Assembly (NCBI GenBank): GCA_964106915.2
Contig: OZ066918.1
Strand: one strand, 5' to 3'
Source: Podarcis gaigeae
Lineage: Eukaryota
DNA length: 64,000 nt
The position numbers and the translations under genes are program-made. Numbering within the stretch: position 1 is the first letter of the stretch; each line of letters starts with the position of its first letter. The notes beneath the pieces were generated by a model. The model had not been told where the DNA came from and did no database searches. It was given only the letters and a program-made list of their open reading frames with translations. This document shows positions 11,590 to 25,300 of this stretch, in pieces.

Positions 11590-12431
11590 ATTTGACTCAG
11601 GTCTTCAGAACATGACCATGCCCTTCCATCAGGTGTTACTGTTTCAGCCTGGCCTTCACCTGGATATGCCCCCCTGGCCCTCTTATAGGGTAGTGGGGCA
11701 GGCATAGCTTTGCACAAGCGAATGGGAAATCCACCTCAGGGGGCTGGCCCTGAGCTGTCTGTTCACACTGAGGATGGTGTCTCCATGTCCTAGGTGATGG
11801 AGGAGGTGACAGCGTTGACCTGGAATCAGACTGGGAGGTGAATGAATCCTTGTCAGCTGAAGCTGGTGAAGGCAGAGGATCTGGTGGTGCAGTAGTCTGG
11901 TGCTGGGAGTGGAGTGGGTGGGACTGGCAAGGACTGATGATGTGACAACCTACGGGGTCCCTCTTCAGGACTGGGCTCCTCACCCCTGAAAGCTCAAATT
12001 ACTCTCAAGGTTCCAACCCAAACCTGATGGGTCCCTCTAGAAGTGTCACTGGGTTCTTCCCAAGACTCCCTCTGCCCCTCATCCCAATTGGTCCAGTCTC
12101 TCCAGGCCACTCTTTTGGGACTTAGGACAGAGCAGGTGTCTCAGCAACATTCTGAGGCCTCATGAAGGTTGGCTGGTCTGGAACTGTTGTCAAACCCTCT
12201 GCTATGGAGGGGCTATCTCTATCTGAAATGGTTGTTGCCCAGTTCTGCAGCCATTAGCTCCTTATAGCCTGGGCGTAGTGAAGACTGCATTGGAGCAGTG
12301 CTATATGAGACGAGGACTCAGATAAAGTCACATCCTTTGGCTTGGGTAGTCCTGAGGTAGGGGATAATGGTTCCTCCTCTTCTGAGTCTTCCTCTGAGCA
12401 AGAGCGAGAATTGAGGCTAGAGGACATGAGA
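11590..12431 (-). mobile_element. Degraded LTR with acidic / SPRT-R reading-frame remnants
   Basis: Minus strand starts tctcATGtcc (TGTCATG-like) and reads SEEDSEEEEP, later LSPPPSPRTWR. TATAAG near 11685. Left boundary uncertain. Confidence 0.5.
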
Positions 12432-12530
12432 GGAGGAATATGGGGCCAGAACCAGAGTTAGCTGGCTCGGCCTACCATTAGCTCCACATAATGTGACCCC
12501 TGCCTCCACTGGTTGTTAACAGCCCTACTC

Positions 12531-12847
12531 CATACCCTCCGGTGAAAATAGGGACGTCCCATTCCATATTGATAATTTTACTATTTATACCCCACAAATC
12601 TTACAAGGTTGCCCCAGCCACTCTGGGTAGCTTCCAACATATATAAAAACACAATTGAACTTTTTTTTTTAACTTCCTTATGCAGGATTGTCTTCAGATG
12701 GATTGGCGGTCAGTTAACTCCATACCCTCCAACATTTCTCCCATGAAAATAAGGGCACCCTAAGGACATTCAGGCATCAAATCAGGAACCAGGACAGCTT
12801 CTGTAAATCAGGGATGTCCTTGGAAAATAGGGACACTGGGAGGGTCT
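12531..12847. mobile_element. Composite hAT MITE with captured L2 3' tail
   Basis: cataccctcc at 12531 and again at 12721, L2 tail between them, right TIR gggagggtct. Confidence 0.7.
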
Positions 12848-14577
12848 AATACTCCCTACGCTACCAGTATCAATGGGCATCATCTGCCACTATGTTGAAG
12901 GCTGGTCTGTTGATGCTTTATACTTTAGTTGCGTGTCGAGGTCCCCAGGTCCACCCCAATATATCTTTGTTTTAGAGCTGTATTTTAAAGTTAGCCACTT
13001 TGTAGGCTGAGAAATGTTTGTGTGTGTGTAATAAATATTACTTATAGATTCTACATAAAATCTAAATCTTTTGCGCAACATTTTTTCATATAGCCTACCC
13101 ATGAGGCAAAGTGAGGTGACTGCCTCAGGCGGCAGGATCCATGGGGGATGTCAATCTTTCCTTCCCTTTTTTTCCTGTTGTAGATCTTCCTTTACACCCT
13201 TCTTCGCTGGCAGGGAGGGGAGTGCCATTTTGGGGTCTGCCAAAGGAGTCAACATGTATTGGGCTGGCCCTGTCACATGAAAGTCAATCTTTGGTCTTCA
13301 AACTAGAGCCACTATTACTGTCGACACTGGTAATATTCTCTTGCAAACTAATGATTTAAAGGGGGGGGGGGGGACTCATCTGCCATGACCTCAATGACCA
13401 TGTGATTTGGTCCTCAATCAGGAAAGCTGTTGAGTCCCTTTTTCTAGAGGCTCAGAACAAGCACTGATCATGGAAGGTTTAAGCATAGGAAACTCTGTTA
13501 GAATTGCTTAGGCTTTCCAGCTCTCTGACCTACAGTTACAGTAGTCGACTTAAACATTTACTGTTGTAGCTATATTTTTTATTGAAAAGAAGAAAAGAAA
13601 ATCCTTGTACTGCAAAGGCTACATAACCAAGAATTCAGCTGCTGCCCTCAGATTTACAAGTACCTTTATGTAAACACAATACAAAGAGAAAGGCTCTCTT
13701 TAACGACTTACCCTTTAATAACAAGACTGTACATGCTCTTAGAATATCTCATAGGAGAATCGTGGCAAATGCAACTTCATTCTTGTTGGACGGCATGTGG
13801 TCAGAGTTCAGTTTAAGTTCAAGGATTCTGCTGTACTGAAATATGGCATGGTTACATCTTACTTTGCTTTGAGTTTATGGCTTCATTACCTCAGGCCAAG
13901 GATACACAACTTTTTTTTTTGCTGGCAGTCATATGAACAAATTGGCTTGATGGCTTTCTGCAAGCTTTGATATTTATTCATTTTTCAGTTTCAGTTTTCC
14001 ACGGTGGTTCGGCTTTTTGAGCCATGCGATACAGGCAAATGCTGTGTTCTACTATAAAAGAAGGCAGAGTTTGATTTAAACAAGAGCGGGTGAAAACATC
14101 TCCCTGGAACACTGCTGCGCTGCTATTGGGGTGGGGGAGAACAGATTTGCAAAAAATAAAATAAAATAATGTTTATATTCTTTACTGAAAAACAAAAAGT
14201 TCAAAATTGCAAGTGCAGAGAGTAAGGTAAGACATAAAAAGAAGAAACAAGACATAGTACCCACGTATAAAACAGAACAGAACAAACAACATCAAAAAGA
14301 TACTGTGTACATTACAAAAAAAAACCCCAGACCATAATTGTACATGGTATTGATAAAAACCAATTCCAAATATCATTAAATTTGTCCATGGCAAAATTTC
14401 CAAAAAATATTTATGAACCTTGAGTGGGGTTCACTCACAGCAGTGATTCAGGAAAAACTGAAGAAAGGCTGACAAGCTGTTCAGTGCTTTCCAATAAAAT
14501 GTGCATTTTAGACACATTTTAACTGTTAAATACTGTTGCCTGTCCTTCAGTCTTCAAGCAGCATGATACTCCAGAGG

Positions 14578-14996
14578 TGTTAGCACTGACCAGGGTTTGG
14601 TTTCCTTGAAATGAATGTCAATGAAGACTCCAATTTCTTCAAGATACATGGTTTTATTTATGCATGTATATAACCTCAGCACAAGAAGGAAAAGTTCACA
14701 GCATTAACACTCCAACAGATTTTGCCTCCCCATTCGGGTTCAGGGGGGGGCGGGTCCCCCAAAGCCATAGCCTTGGATTCAGTACAAAGCCAGACAAGCT
14801 TCTCTGTGTCTTTTAGCTCCCAGCACCAGCATACAAACCAGCTTCCTTGGCCTATTGTTCTCCTGCCTCTAGAAGGATGTAGCATTCAGGCAGGTGAGGG
14901 CAGGGAAGGCACTCCCATTTGTCTCCATGGTAACAAGGCTCACTCTTTAGTCATGTAAATAGAGGGTACCTACAGGATACCGCCATTAACCTAACA
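14578..14996 (-). mobile_element. Probable solo LTR
   Basis: TGTTAG..CTAACA termini; minus-strand AATAAA near 14655; no clean TSD. Confidence 0.5.
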
Positions 14997-16382
14997 AAGA
15001 AACTGGTTTGAGCAGTTTTGCAGTTCCTTCTAACTACAATCTTGCTAACACAAACTCACAGGTTCAGTTCGAACCCAGAGGCATCGTACAAAGCAGCCCC
15101 TCAGTCCCATATCAATACATATTCTTTTCCATGATTTTTTTGGTGAACTTTGTAAAATGTGGAAGAGTGCAATCTGATGGGGAGTTGTGATCTGATTTGC
15201 AAGCAAGCATGGGACCATTGAATGGGGTTGGTCTGCTGTAAATAAATTCCTCTTTCATCCCTATTTCAATGGATTTAAATGCAAGTAATTTCTGCTGGCA
15301 GTTATATTGGTGTTGAGGTGGAACCACGTTCTTCCGGTCCTGAATGCTTATGACTGCTAATCTACCCTGGTTTTATTGGGATTCAAAAATGTGTTTGCTG
15401 TGGAAAACAGGGATGCAGTTCTGGAATCATAATTCAAAAACACAGTGCTACTGGGAGCGGGGAGGGGGGGAATATTTGTCTCCTTAAAGTTTAAAAACCA
15501 CTAAACTCTCTCATTTGTTTAAAGAAGAACTTACTAGTCTGAAACCTTTAAGTCTATTGCCAGCCTACAGCAATATTCCTTTAGCTGGGTTATGAAAACC
15601 TGAAGAAAGAAAGAGAAAAAAAAGGAATGGCAAAAAAATTAATTAAACATAGATTAAAAACATAATTACATATTTTATTAATTGCACTTTAAAGATGCCC
15701 TTGAGAAGAATCCAGAGGGCATTAGTCAACAGTAAAAGGCTTAAATTTAAATTTCCTTGCTAGTCATTTTTAAATCTCATTTGAATTTAGTTTTAGTTTT
15801 GTTATTTATTTTGGATTAAATTTGTATCATTATCACACCGTAGCAGAAAATGGTTACACCTTTTATTTAAAGTGACTGATCATTAGAAATGCATTTGCAA
15901 TTCACTGTAATAACACTGATTAAAATGAATTCATTTGGAATTAATGGGGCTGCCACAGAGAGTGCTCATCCTAGCTAGAAAAGCAGCACAGCTCAAATCA
16001 ACATGAGTTAAAAATAAGAGGCAATTCTCAGCTTGTTAATAAACTTTCCAAAAAGAAATATAGCTGGTTGACTTCGCTTCTTGTGGGTCACATGCCAGCC
16101 TAAAGCAGTGAATGGTAGCCTAATTCACACATGCCCTCAACTGTGTGGTTCTGCTTGCCCAAAACCATGTGGTATGTTTACAATGGTGACCTGCTTCAGT
16201 CACACCAAACTTTCCACGCCAGCGTTGCTCCTCCCTGGTCACTTCTGACTTTGGTGAGATAACATTCTGAGTGATAACAGAATGGAACACAGTAGTTAGC
16301 AAAACACAGTTTGGTGGCCTTGACCTGAAGCCTTTGCCTCATCAGAGTGGTTTCATGGATATACAGGCCATACTGGGATGTA

Positions 16383-16624
16383 CAGTGGTACCTCAGGTTA
16401 CAGACGCTTTGGGTTACAGACGCTTTGGGTTACAAACTCCGCTAACCAGGAAGTGGTTGCTCCAGGTTAAGAACTTTGCCCCAGGATAAAAATGGAAATC
16501 GCATGCCAGCGGCGCAGCAGCAGTGGGAGGCCCCATTAGCGAAAGCACACCTCAGGTTAAGAACCGTTTCAGGTTAAGAACGGACCTCTGGAATGAATGA
16601 AATTCTTAACCCAAGGCACCACTG
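16383..16624. mobile_element. Tigger-like MITE
   Basis: TA-CAGTGGTACCTC..CACCACTG-TA. Confidence 0.8.
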
Positions 16625-17344
16625 TATCAGGATATAAAAGCAGAGAGATTGTGGGTGGGACAGGCAAGGCCATGGAAAGCTTTGAAGGTTAGAACAAGGA
16701 GCTGGTGCTGGAGCTGGGAGCCAGAGTGCCGGCTTGGCCCTGCGACCTGGGTTGCCCAAGGTTGTGGGTGCCGTGAAGCATGCATGGTCCTGGCACCGAA
16801 ATTTGTGGGTGCCCAGCCTCTTCATGGGGATTTCGTTGGTGCTCGGGCACCCAGGGGTCCAGAAAGTTGGCACCCATGACTAGGAGTGGATCAGAGCCCA
16901 GTGGAAGGATTTTCTGAGAAGCATTATGTAAGGATGCTTGAGGAGTTTGACTTTTACAAAATGTGATGCAAATTGCATACCCCTCCAACATTTTGGGAGG
17001 GCAATTCTGGGAACCACCACCCCGCTGACCATGTCACTCACCCCCTCCCTGCTGCCAATCCCTCCCTCGCCTGCCCGCTTGCCCCCTCCCTCCCTCCCCC
17101 TCCCTCCCCCCTCCTACCTTTGTGCACTGACCTCCTCCTTTGCAGCTCTTATTTTCCTTCTCACATTGAAATATTGCCCTTCAATGAGGCCAAACTTAGA
17201 TTCACAAAGTTTTAAGGGGTATGCATACCCCTGCGTACCCCCAGAAAAAAAGCACTGGGTACACTCAATAAATATATCCTAACCTAAATGGCCAATGTTG
17301 AAGGTTCCCAGAATTCCTTGGGGAAACAAATTCTTTGTTTATGC

Positions 17345-17480
17345 TAGGCATCCCCAACCTTCAGCCCTCCAGATGTTTTGGACTACAATTCCCATCATCC
17401 CTGACCACTGGTCCTGTTAGCTAGGGATCATGGGAGTTGTAGGCCAAAACATCTGGAGGGCTGCAGGTTGGGGGTGCCTG
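17345..17480. mobile_element. Palindromic hAT (Charlie-like) MITE
   Basis: Near-perfect fold-back; 8-bp TSD-like flanks gtttatgc/gtttacac. Confidence 0.8.
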
Positions 17481-18537
17481 GTTTACACCATTTCCAGCTC
17501 ATGCCTTTTTAAGACGAGCTGAGTCAGATCCAAAGCAGCCCTCAGACTGATGCCAGATCCAAAATCTCAGCCTGAAGAGTCTAGTGAAAATTTTAGCTAG
17601 GCCCTCATATACTGAGAAGTAGGTCTCTTAGGATTGTTAGATAGCCTTTATTTCAAGATCCAGCTCTTGTTTTAAAGGATCATGCCATATAACGCTTGTC
17701 TCTCTTTTCTGATGGCACAACTTCTGTGGCTGAAATCGGGCACCCGACTTCTGGCAGCTCCTGAAATGTAGAGGGGCAGTAATAGATTTTCCCTTATTGG
17801 TGCATCAGTAGCTTTCCATATATTTTTCAGTTCCATTTGTCTCCTGCCAAGCCGCTCTAAGACCCATTTAATGGCCAGGGCCTCCAGCTGTTTTTTCTTG
17901 GGGGGGGGGGGAAGAGAGAAGATTTTATCTTGGTAGTTAAGGTTTTCCTCGGCCCATTGTAAATTGTGATTTAATCTTTTTAAAATCTCTCTTCCTCTCT
18001 CTTAGTATTTGTACAGCAGCAAAGAGGGGAGAAATGCAAAACTTTCCTGTTTTAATATTTTGTTCTCAAACAGCAACAACCGTGTTTGGGTTTTTATGAA
18101 AGTCTGATTGCACAATTTGTGCTTAAAAGGAAGAGAAGGAACGTACGTGTGTGTGCTGCAAATTGAATCTGAACATACAAATTAAAATCCAGCCCACCAA
18201 TTTAGGAAGTAATATAAACCTGTATTAGCTATTGTGTGTTGTGCCAGAAAGTGAAGCCCCTTCCCTCCTTCGCTTCCCTGTATAACCAGCTAGTAAATGA
18301 GGAAAAATAAGTGTAACCAGGAAAAGTCGTCTGATGCGGACATGAGAGACAATCAAAAACAGACTTCTAAGTACTGGTCACTGTATTCTGAGGAGAATTC
18401 ACAGGGAGGGATGGAGGAGAATTTCAAAGAAACACTGATTGATTTTGCCTCTTTAGGGTCAGGAAAAGGACTGAGAGTTTTTGAAATAAAAATGGTGATA
18501 CCTGGACAAAGTTTCTGGGGCAGACTGGAACCAAACT

Positions 18538-18910
18538 CATACCCTCCAACATTTCTGTGATGAAAATAGGGACATCCTATTTCATCATCACCATCATGTT
18601 ATTATTTATACCCTATCCATTTGACTGCTTTGCCCCAGCCACTCTGGGCAGCTGCCAACATATATAAAAACATAATAAACCATTCAACATACAACAAAAA
18701 TTCCATAATCAGGACTGCCTTCAGATGTCTTCTAAAGGTTGCATAGTTACTTATAGCCTTGGCTTGGAGATTGCATAACTCCATACCCTCCAGCATTTCT
18801 CTGATGACGTCCTAAGGAAAAGCAGGCCATTCTGGGATCAAATCAGGCACCAGGATGGCTTCTGTAAATCTGTAACTGTTCCTGGAAAATTGGGACACTT
18901 GGAAGGCCTG
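18538..18910. mobile_element. Composite hAT MITE with captured L2 3' tail
   Basis: cataccctccaac at 18538 and cataccctccagc at 18782, L2 tail between them, right TIR ttggaaggcctg. Confidence 0.7.
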
Positions 18911-19261
18911 AGCGGTTGGATTACCCCTTCCCACAAGTTCAGGTGCAGAGCCCCCCACTAAAGCTGTACGGGTGAGAGATGGATCAAGTGATGTGGTGGG
19001 AATAGCCATTAATCCTTGCTTTTCTAGCAGTAGACGCCAAAGGATGGGGGAGCTTGTTTTAAAAAGGGAGCTTCAGAAAGCACATTTTCTTAAGCCCCCA
19101 GCTCAGCTCAGCAGGATGCCAAAGCTTGGCAAGGGCTTCTCCTCAAGTTCTGGAGGACTTTGACTGTCTCTAAAACAACCAGGGTCATTTTGAAGTGTTT
19201 CCAACCTGCCTCTAAAGCCCCATCCGCACTAGACTGGTATAATACTGCTGAAGTATCCATG

Positions 19262-19505
19262 ACTGATGACCATCCAACCTCTGCTTAAAAACCTCCAAGG
19301 AAGGAGATTTCACCACCTTCCAAGCAAGTCAAATTGCTCTTACCATCCGAAAGGTCTTCTTTGAGACCATTGGTTCAGGTCCTACCCTCTGGAGCAGGAG
19401 AAAACAAGCTTGCTCCATCTTCCATGTGGCAGCGCTTTAGATATTTGAAGATGGCTCTAATCTCTTGTCTCAGTCTCCTCTTTTTCAGGCTAAACACACC
19501 CAACT
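19262..19505 (-). mobile_element. CR1 LINE 3' fragment
   Basis: Typical CR1 antisense stretch ccaacctctgcttaaaaacctcc..gatatttgaagatggc..ttttcaggctaaac. Confidence 0.75.
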
Positions 19506-20687
19506 TTAAAGGACCATCCTAGGGGAGACAACTAGACCCCTGTGACGATACGAACAAGTTTCTCCTGTAGCTGTGAATCAACACCTTCCCTTCCCAACAC
19601 CTGCAGTTGAAGAAGAAAATACCTGGGCAAGAAGCCCAGTTAGGAGCAGGGACTGTACAAAAACAATCGTCTCTGGTATGGAGAAACAAATGTCTCTGGG
19701 GGGGGGGGGGGACACAGAAAAGAGAGAAACTCTGAGACTAAGCTGCTAGCCAGAGCTGCAGCTGTTTATAAAAGAGAAAATGTATCTTTCATTCATTTTT
19801 GAAGTGCTATTGCTGACAGATTTTCCTTGCAGCTCATCCATACTCAGCTGCTCTGCCAAAGTTTTTCCAGCCTCCCATTTTCTTTTGATCACTACTCCTT
19901 CCCCTTCAACTTACCATTTTCCTCTCCCGGAGTGTTCATTCTCCAAGCCCTTTCACCCATTGATTTTTGAAACGTTGGCAGCATTTCACCATTTAAAAGA
20001 ATTATCACGACCCATTCTCCTTTTCATAGGAATCTGTGCTTTGCCATTAGAGAAAAATTCAAGAGGTTGGGAGGCGGGAGGCAGAAGGAAAAGTGGCTCA
20101 CATAACATTGTTGGGAGATCAAGAGGGAAATTTAAAATTCAACTTCTCTGGGCCAGCATGCCTAGCCTTGCCATACATCAGGAAAATCCCTGACATATCC
20201 TGGTTTTGGGGTGTAAAAATGGTATTGGGGGGATATTTTGCCGAAGCAGCAAAATGTCAGGGAAAACCTGGATGTATGTCAACGCAATGAAAAAACATAC
20301 AGGTAGGTAGCCCTGTTGGTCTGTCATAATTGAAATAAAATAAAAAAATTCCTTCCAGTAGCACCTTAGACAGAGGGTACCAGCATCAGAAGGAGCAAGA
20401 GTCTTAAAAGTAGTTTTTTAAAAACAAAAAACAAAAAAGTCCCCAGCTTGATAGATCATTCTGAAGCCAGTGATGGTAAATTCTATCCCCTAGCATAACA
20501 TGGCTTTGATTAATGTATATTATAATCATCACAGCATCTGCAGATGCCTATTAATGATGTAACTAACTGTGTTGAAAAGACTATCAAAGTGCAGGAACAG
20601 TGATTCCACATACAGTTTGACGCTCTTGTCTTTCATATATTAGACTTTTTATACTTCATAGGCTGTGACTTCAGTTTTGCTGCCAAT

Positions 20688-20691
<4 letters not shown>

Positions 20692-20750
<59 letters not shown>
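20692..20750. repeat. Compound (CT)n(CA)n microsatellite
   Basis: Directly visible. Confidence 0.95.
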
Positions 20751-20755
<5 letters not shown>

Positions 20756-21186
20756 ACATCAAATGTGTTCTGAGCAGCCTACTCAGCAGTCTCTAAAAAA
20801 CTGGACTGCTTCTTGAAATAGTTATTTAAAATGGCAGAGCAGGGCAAGAAAAGGAACGATCAATTTCTCCACCCAAGTGAGCCCTTGTAGAAGACACATC
20901 AAGATTGTCCATACTGTTTTAAGTGTTGTGAACCTTGTCTCAGCAGCAAAACAAATTGCTATTTGGCCACAGATACATACATGGATTTTTACCGTTGAAC
21001 GTCTTTATTTGTGCAAGAAAAGAAAACAGGTCAGCACATGTATTATTTTAAGGTTTTCTGGAGAAAAGTTCAGGTTCTTTCATCTCCATGTCACCTTTTG
21101 AACTTTTTTAATAGCCTGGAGAATAATTTGCAAACATTTTCATGTGCACCTCTGCTAATATACACATTTTGTGAAGAAATTTCTCC

Positions 21187-21197
21187 ATATATATATA

Positions 21198-21245
<48 letters not shown>
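21187..21245. repeat. (TA)n microsatellite
   Basis: Directly visible. Confidence 0.95.
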
Positions 21246-21248
<3 letters not shown>

Positions 21249-22085
21249 CTTTTTGGGTATGTTATCTTCCATAATATGTGGTTTTTGTATGCATTTTTGG
21301 TTGTTGTTGGAGAACTGCCTTGCAAAATACTGAGAAGTGCATATGTTGAAGGACAGCATGGTTTGGTTCATGTATTGGTTCAGGATGTACAAATTCGGTA
21401 GACTGAGCATATTTCTCCCTTATTCAGATCATAAGGCCTAGGAACCTCAAACCAGGTTTGTTGAGAGGTATCTCTGTGGAAAGACTTTGACAGTGCAATC
21501 CTATGCATGCTTATGTAAGTCCCTTAAGTTGCAGGCATCAGAATCTTCTTCTAGCTCTTTGTTCCAAATCATTGGCTCCACTTGTCAGGTGGAAGTTCAC
21601 CACCACTTTCCATTCCCACCCCCCTGGGTTTACTGTACAGTCCCAGCTGAGGAAAAATGGATGCAGTCCCCCCCCCCCTCCTTGTTCCATTAGGCTGCCT
21701 TACTTGAAAGCAAAAGGGGGGAAGATCATCTCCTTGTGGACTCAACAAGCTGAAGTGACTGCTTTCTTTTCATTTTCTGTTACCTCTGATTCCCTCACTA
21801 CATTCAGGTTTTTCTTCCAAGCATCTGTATTGGCTTTAAGGGACTGGACCTCCTCACCCATGCACACAGATCCAGGATGTGTCTAGTCCTCAGGGAAATA
21901 AAAAATGGATGGCTTTAAAAGAGGATTAGGCAAATTCATGGAGAATAAGGCCGTCACTGGGTACTAGCCGTGATGGCAATGCTCTGACGCCACAGTCAGA
22001 GACCGAATGCTTCTCGATATCACTTGCTGACAACTGTAGGAGGGGAGAGTGCTTCCCACAGACATAAGGCTGACCACTGTGAGAA

Positions 22086-22330
22086 CAGTGTGGTGTAGTG
22101 GTTAAGAGCGGTAGACTCATAATCTGGTGAACCGGGTTTGATTCCCCCTCCTCCACATGCAGCTGCTGCGTGACCTTGGGCTAGTCACACTTCTCTGAAG
22201 TCTCTCAGCCCCACTCACCTCACAGAGTGTTTGTTGTGGAGGAGGAAGGGAAAGGAGATTGTTAGCCGCTTTGAGACTCCTTAGGGTAGTGATAAAGCGG
22301 GATATCAAATCCAAACTCTTCTTCTTCTTT
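22086..22330 (+). mobile_element. tRNA-derived SINE (Squam3-like) inserted into a CR1 3' end (about 21905-22365)
   Basis: Box A tggtgtagtggtt, box B ggtttgattccc, L2-like tail gttagccgctttgag, (CTT)n end. Confidence 0.85.
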
Positions 22331-25300
22331 TCAGGATGTTGGACCAGATGGGCCATTGGCTGTTCTCTAATCTACATTTTCCAGAACAATGTGAGAAGTA
22401 AAACACAGCCATTCTGTGAAAGTCACACTTATCAGAATTTTGCAACCCACTTCTCCGACAGATATTTGCAAGTATGTATATACATTACGTAAAAGTGTAC
22501 ATGAAAATGAATATATTAGGGGAAACAACATACCAAAAAATGCACTCCGTTAGCCGAAATCGCTTGCAAAAATGTGTACGTTAGTTCCCCCCAAAATGGG
22601 CTTGTTGGGAGAAATTTGAACCAAAAAATTGCCAAAAGAATTTTGTGAGTGTTTTTGAAACTAAAATTCATAAATTGCTGCAGAAATATGGAGAGCCGAA
22701 TGTAACAGTGGGAAAATGAGAAAATGAGAGAACGAAAATGAACAGAGCCTTCTGTTCCTAGGCCCAATACAAATGACATAATGCTATTCAGCACCACAGA
22801 ATTAAACTGATTACAGCTGGGAATCCTATACTCCATGGAACTTCAGAGCAGACGTATATAGGATTTCACTGAACAGCACTAAATTCTGAAATAAAAACAA
22901 TAAAAAGACCCCAATTGTAAAAGAGCTAAAAATGCAGGAACCTTCCTGTTAAAAGGATGATTTCACAAGTAATACTGATTTACTTCCTCTGATTGTTCAT
23001 CCCCTAAGCATGAGCTACAACAGCAGAAATTGTTATAGAAAATTGGAAGAATTGTAACTTTTCTAGACTTATTTACTAGTTAGGTTTAAGAACCCTTGTG
23101 TTAAGCCAAAGAGTTATCACTCTTGTAGCTGCATGACAGATAAGTGGAGGAAATTGTTCTATTTAGCAATGGCCCTTACGGACAACATATTCAGTTATGT
23201 ATATTTGGGGCAACATACACACACACAGTCAAAATTCCTACCAAGCAACTCTGAAGGCTTATGATTAACTATGCAATCAAATGTGACTTTTTATATCAAA
23301 AAAGTGCATCTACCTGGTAGATTCTACCACTAAACAGAGGAATAACTTAACAGTGAAGCAGAGACAGAGCTGGCCCACCAATGAGGTGAAATGAAGCTCC
23401 CGCCTCAGGCAGCAGAAGTGCAGGAGGTGGCTTCCCGCCTGCCCCACCACTTCTGTCATTGGAATGCCCTCCTCTTGCCAGTGAGAAGGAAGTGTTCCAG
23501 ACACAGTGTTGCCACTCATCCTGACCCCCATGTGGAGAAGATGAGCAGCAACATGAAATTCAGTGAGAGGGGGGCACAATGGAGGAAGAAGGAAGAAAGG
23601 AGGGAAATGAGATTGGCAGAGAAAACAAAAATTACCATTCAGGTAAAGCAGCCATGGCTCACAGTTTTGATGACTAACTTTCGATTCAGATCATACTGAG
23701 AGAAATGAGTAGGTTTACACGTGCAGCTACTGGGCCAAAATATTATAAAGGGAATGGAGGGAAGGGGTGTTTGGAAATGCCCAAGCAATTATAAGCAAGC
23801 ACCGAAATTTAATGTCACTTTATCCCATGTTGGCTCAAGGCCAGCTTTCTCAGGGACCAGTTTCTTCCTTCCCCACATTTCCCTTAAACATACCATTTTT
23901 TGTGTATGGGGCAGGGAGAAGTGGGGGGGGGGGGCTAAAAGCTGAGAGTTCTTTGAGGGAGGTTGTTCCAGTATTTACTTCCTGAATTCTTGATAGTGGT
24001 TTTGTTTGTTTGTTTTCCTCCTGATTTGTTGACCCAGAGGAACCATTTTTAAAAGACAATACTTCCCAGAGCATGAGGACTGCTTGGAAGCCCATTACTG
24101 CAGAAAGCTGAAAACTTGGGAAGAATGTTAGCCCAAACATCTTGGCTCCTGTTGTCCTTTCTCCACCCTCCTTTACATGGTCACGTTTGGAGGAAAGCTG
24201 GCAGATGAGAGGCCTGATGGTGGTTGAGGAAACTCTCGCTGGGCTGTGTCTTTCTGAGCTTTGGAGCATAGCAAATGGTCAGGGGTGATTAGTCATGCAG
24301 TCCAATAACATATGGCGGCCCAGTCCAAATCAGGATGGGTGGTGACTGCCCATTTCTAACCTTGAATCAGAGACTTTGGTAGCATGTGTCTTGGTCCCTG
24401 CAAGCTGTGAGGCAGTGTGCAAGCAGAGCAAACTATTGCCCTGACATCTGAAGCCAGTAGGGTCTTCAGTGGCCTTATATAACTTCTGACTTTGGCTGGG
24501 CTCCAGCCTAAGCAACTGTCTAAACAACTCTTGGTACAGGTTGATCTGCTTTACAAACACACTGCTGGAAGAGAGTTGGAGCTGCCAGCCAGCCAGCCAT
24601 TTGACCACCAGCCCTGAATCTACGTGAATAGAATGAGCTGATCTAGGGTCTTGAGAGCTTTTCCAGATACATGGATGTCACCCTTGGTCTTGACTCCCAG
24701 CTTTCTGAGAGTTAAAATGAGGAGAATTGTCTCCTCTTCTCTTCTTTGCACATGGAGCTCACCTCACCCACAACTGCACCTGGACACGGTTGAACTTTAT
24801 AGCCATACAAACCTTGCATGGGCTCATTACCGCATACCAGGAGCACGGTGGTCCTGCTTTCTTTTGGCAAGCAGAGCATATAAAAGGATAATGAATATTT
24901 AGCTGCTTTGCTGCCAATCAAGAAAAGAGCGTATAAAATTCCAAAAGGGTGACAGCCCCCATGAAAGGGCCCGTTTCGATCAGGAAAGGAGCATGATGTT
25001 CAAAGGATGTTTATAGGCACCTTTTGGAAGCTATAGTTTATTAAAATAGTAGAGAGGGGTCTGTTTTTCTCATATGTGCTGCTTTTATAGAAGCAAACAC
25101 TTTGCTTTCACTTAGCACAATATGGAAGCCACGCGGCACTGCAGTTCCTACCAGATGAAGCTTCTTTTAATTTGGCAGCTCTCATTTGAGGCTGGACTGC
25201 TAGCCCTCTACTTAAAGGCATCCCCATTCACGTTTTCTCAAGTATAACTGAGGGAATATCCAAGGCAGAGCGTCTCTCCTATATTTCTTTACCCTCCCTT

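Noticed and set aside
22786-22802. ttcagcaccac, REST/NRSE-like
   Set aside because: Left half-site only; the GGACAG half is absent.
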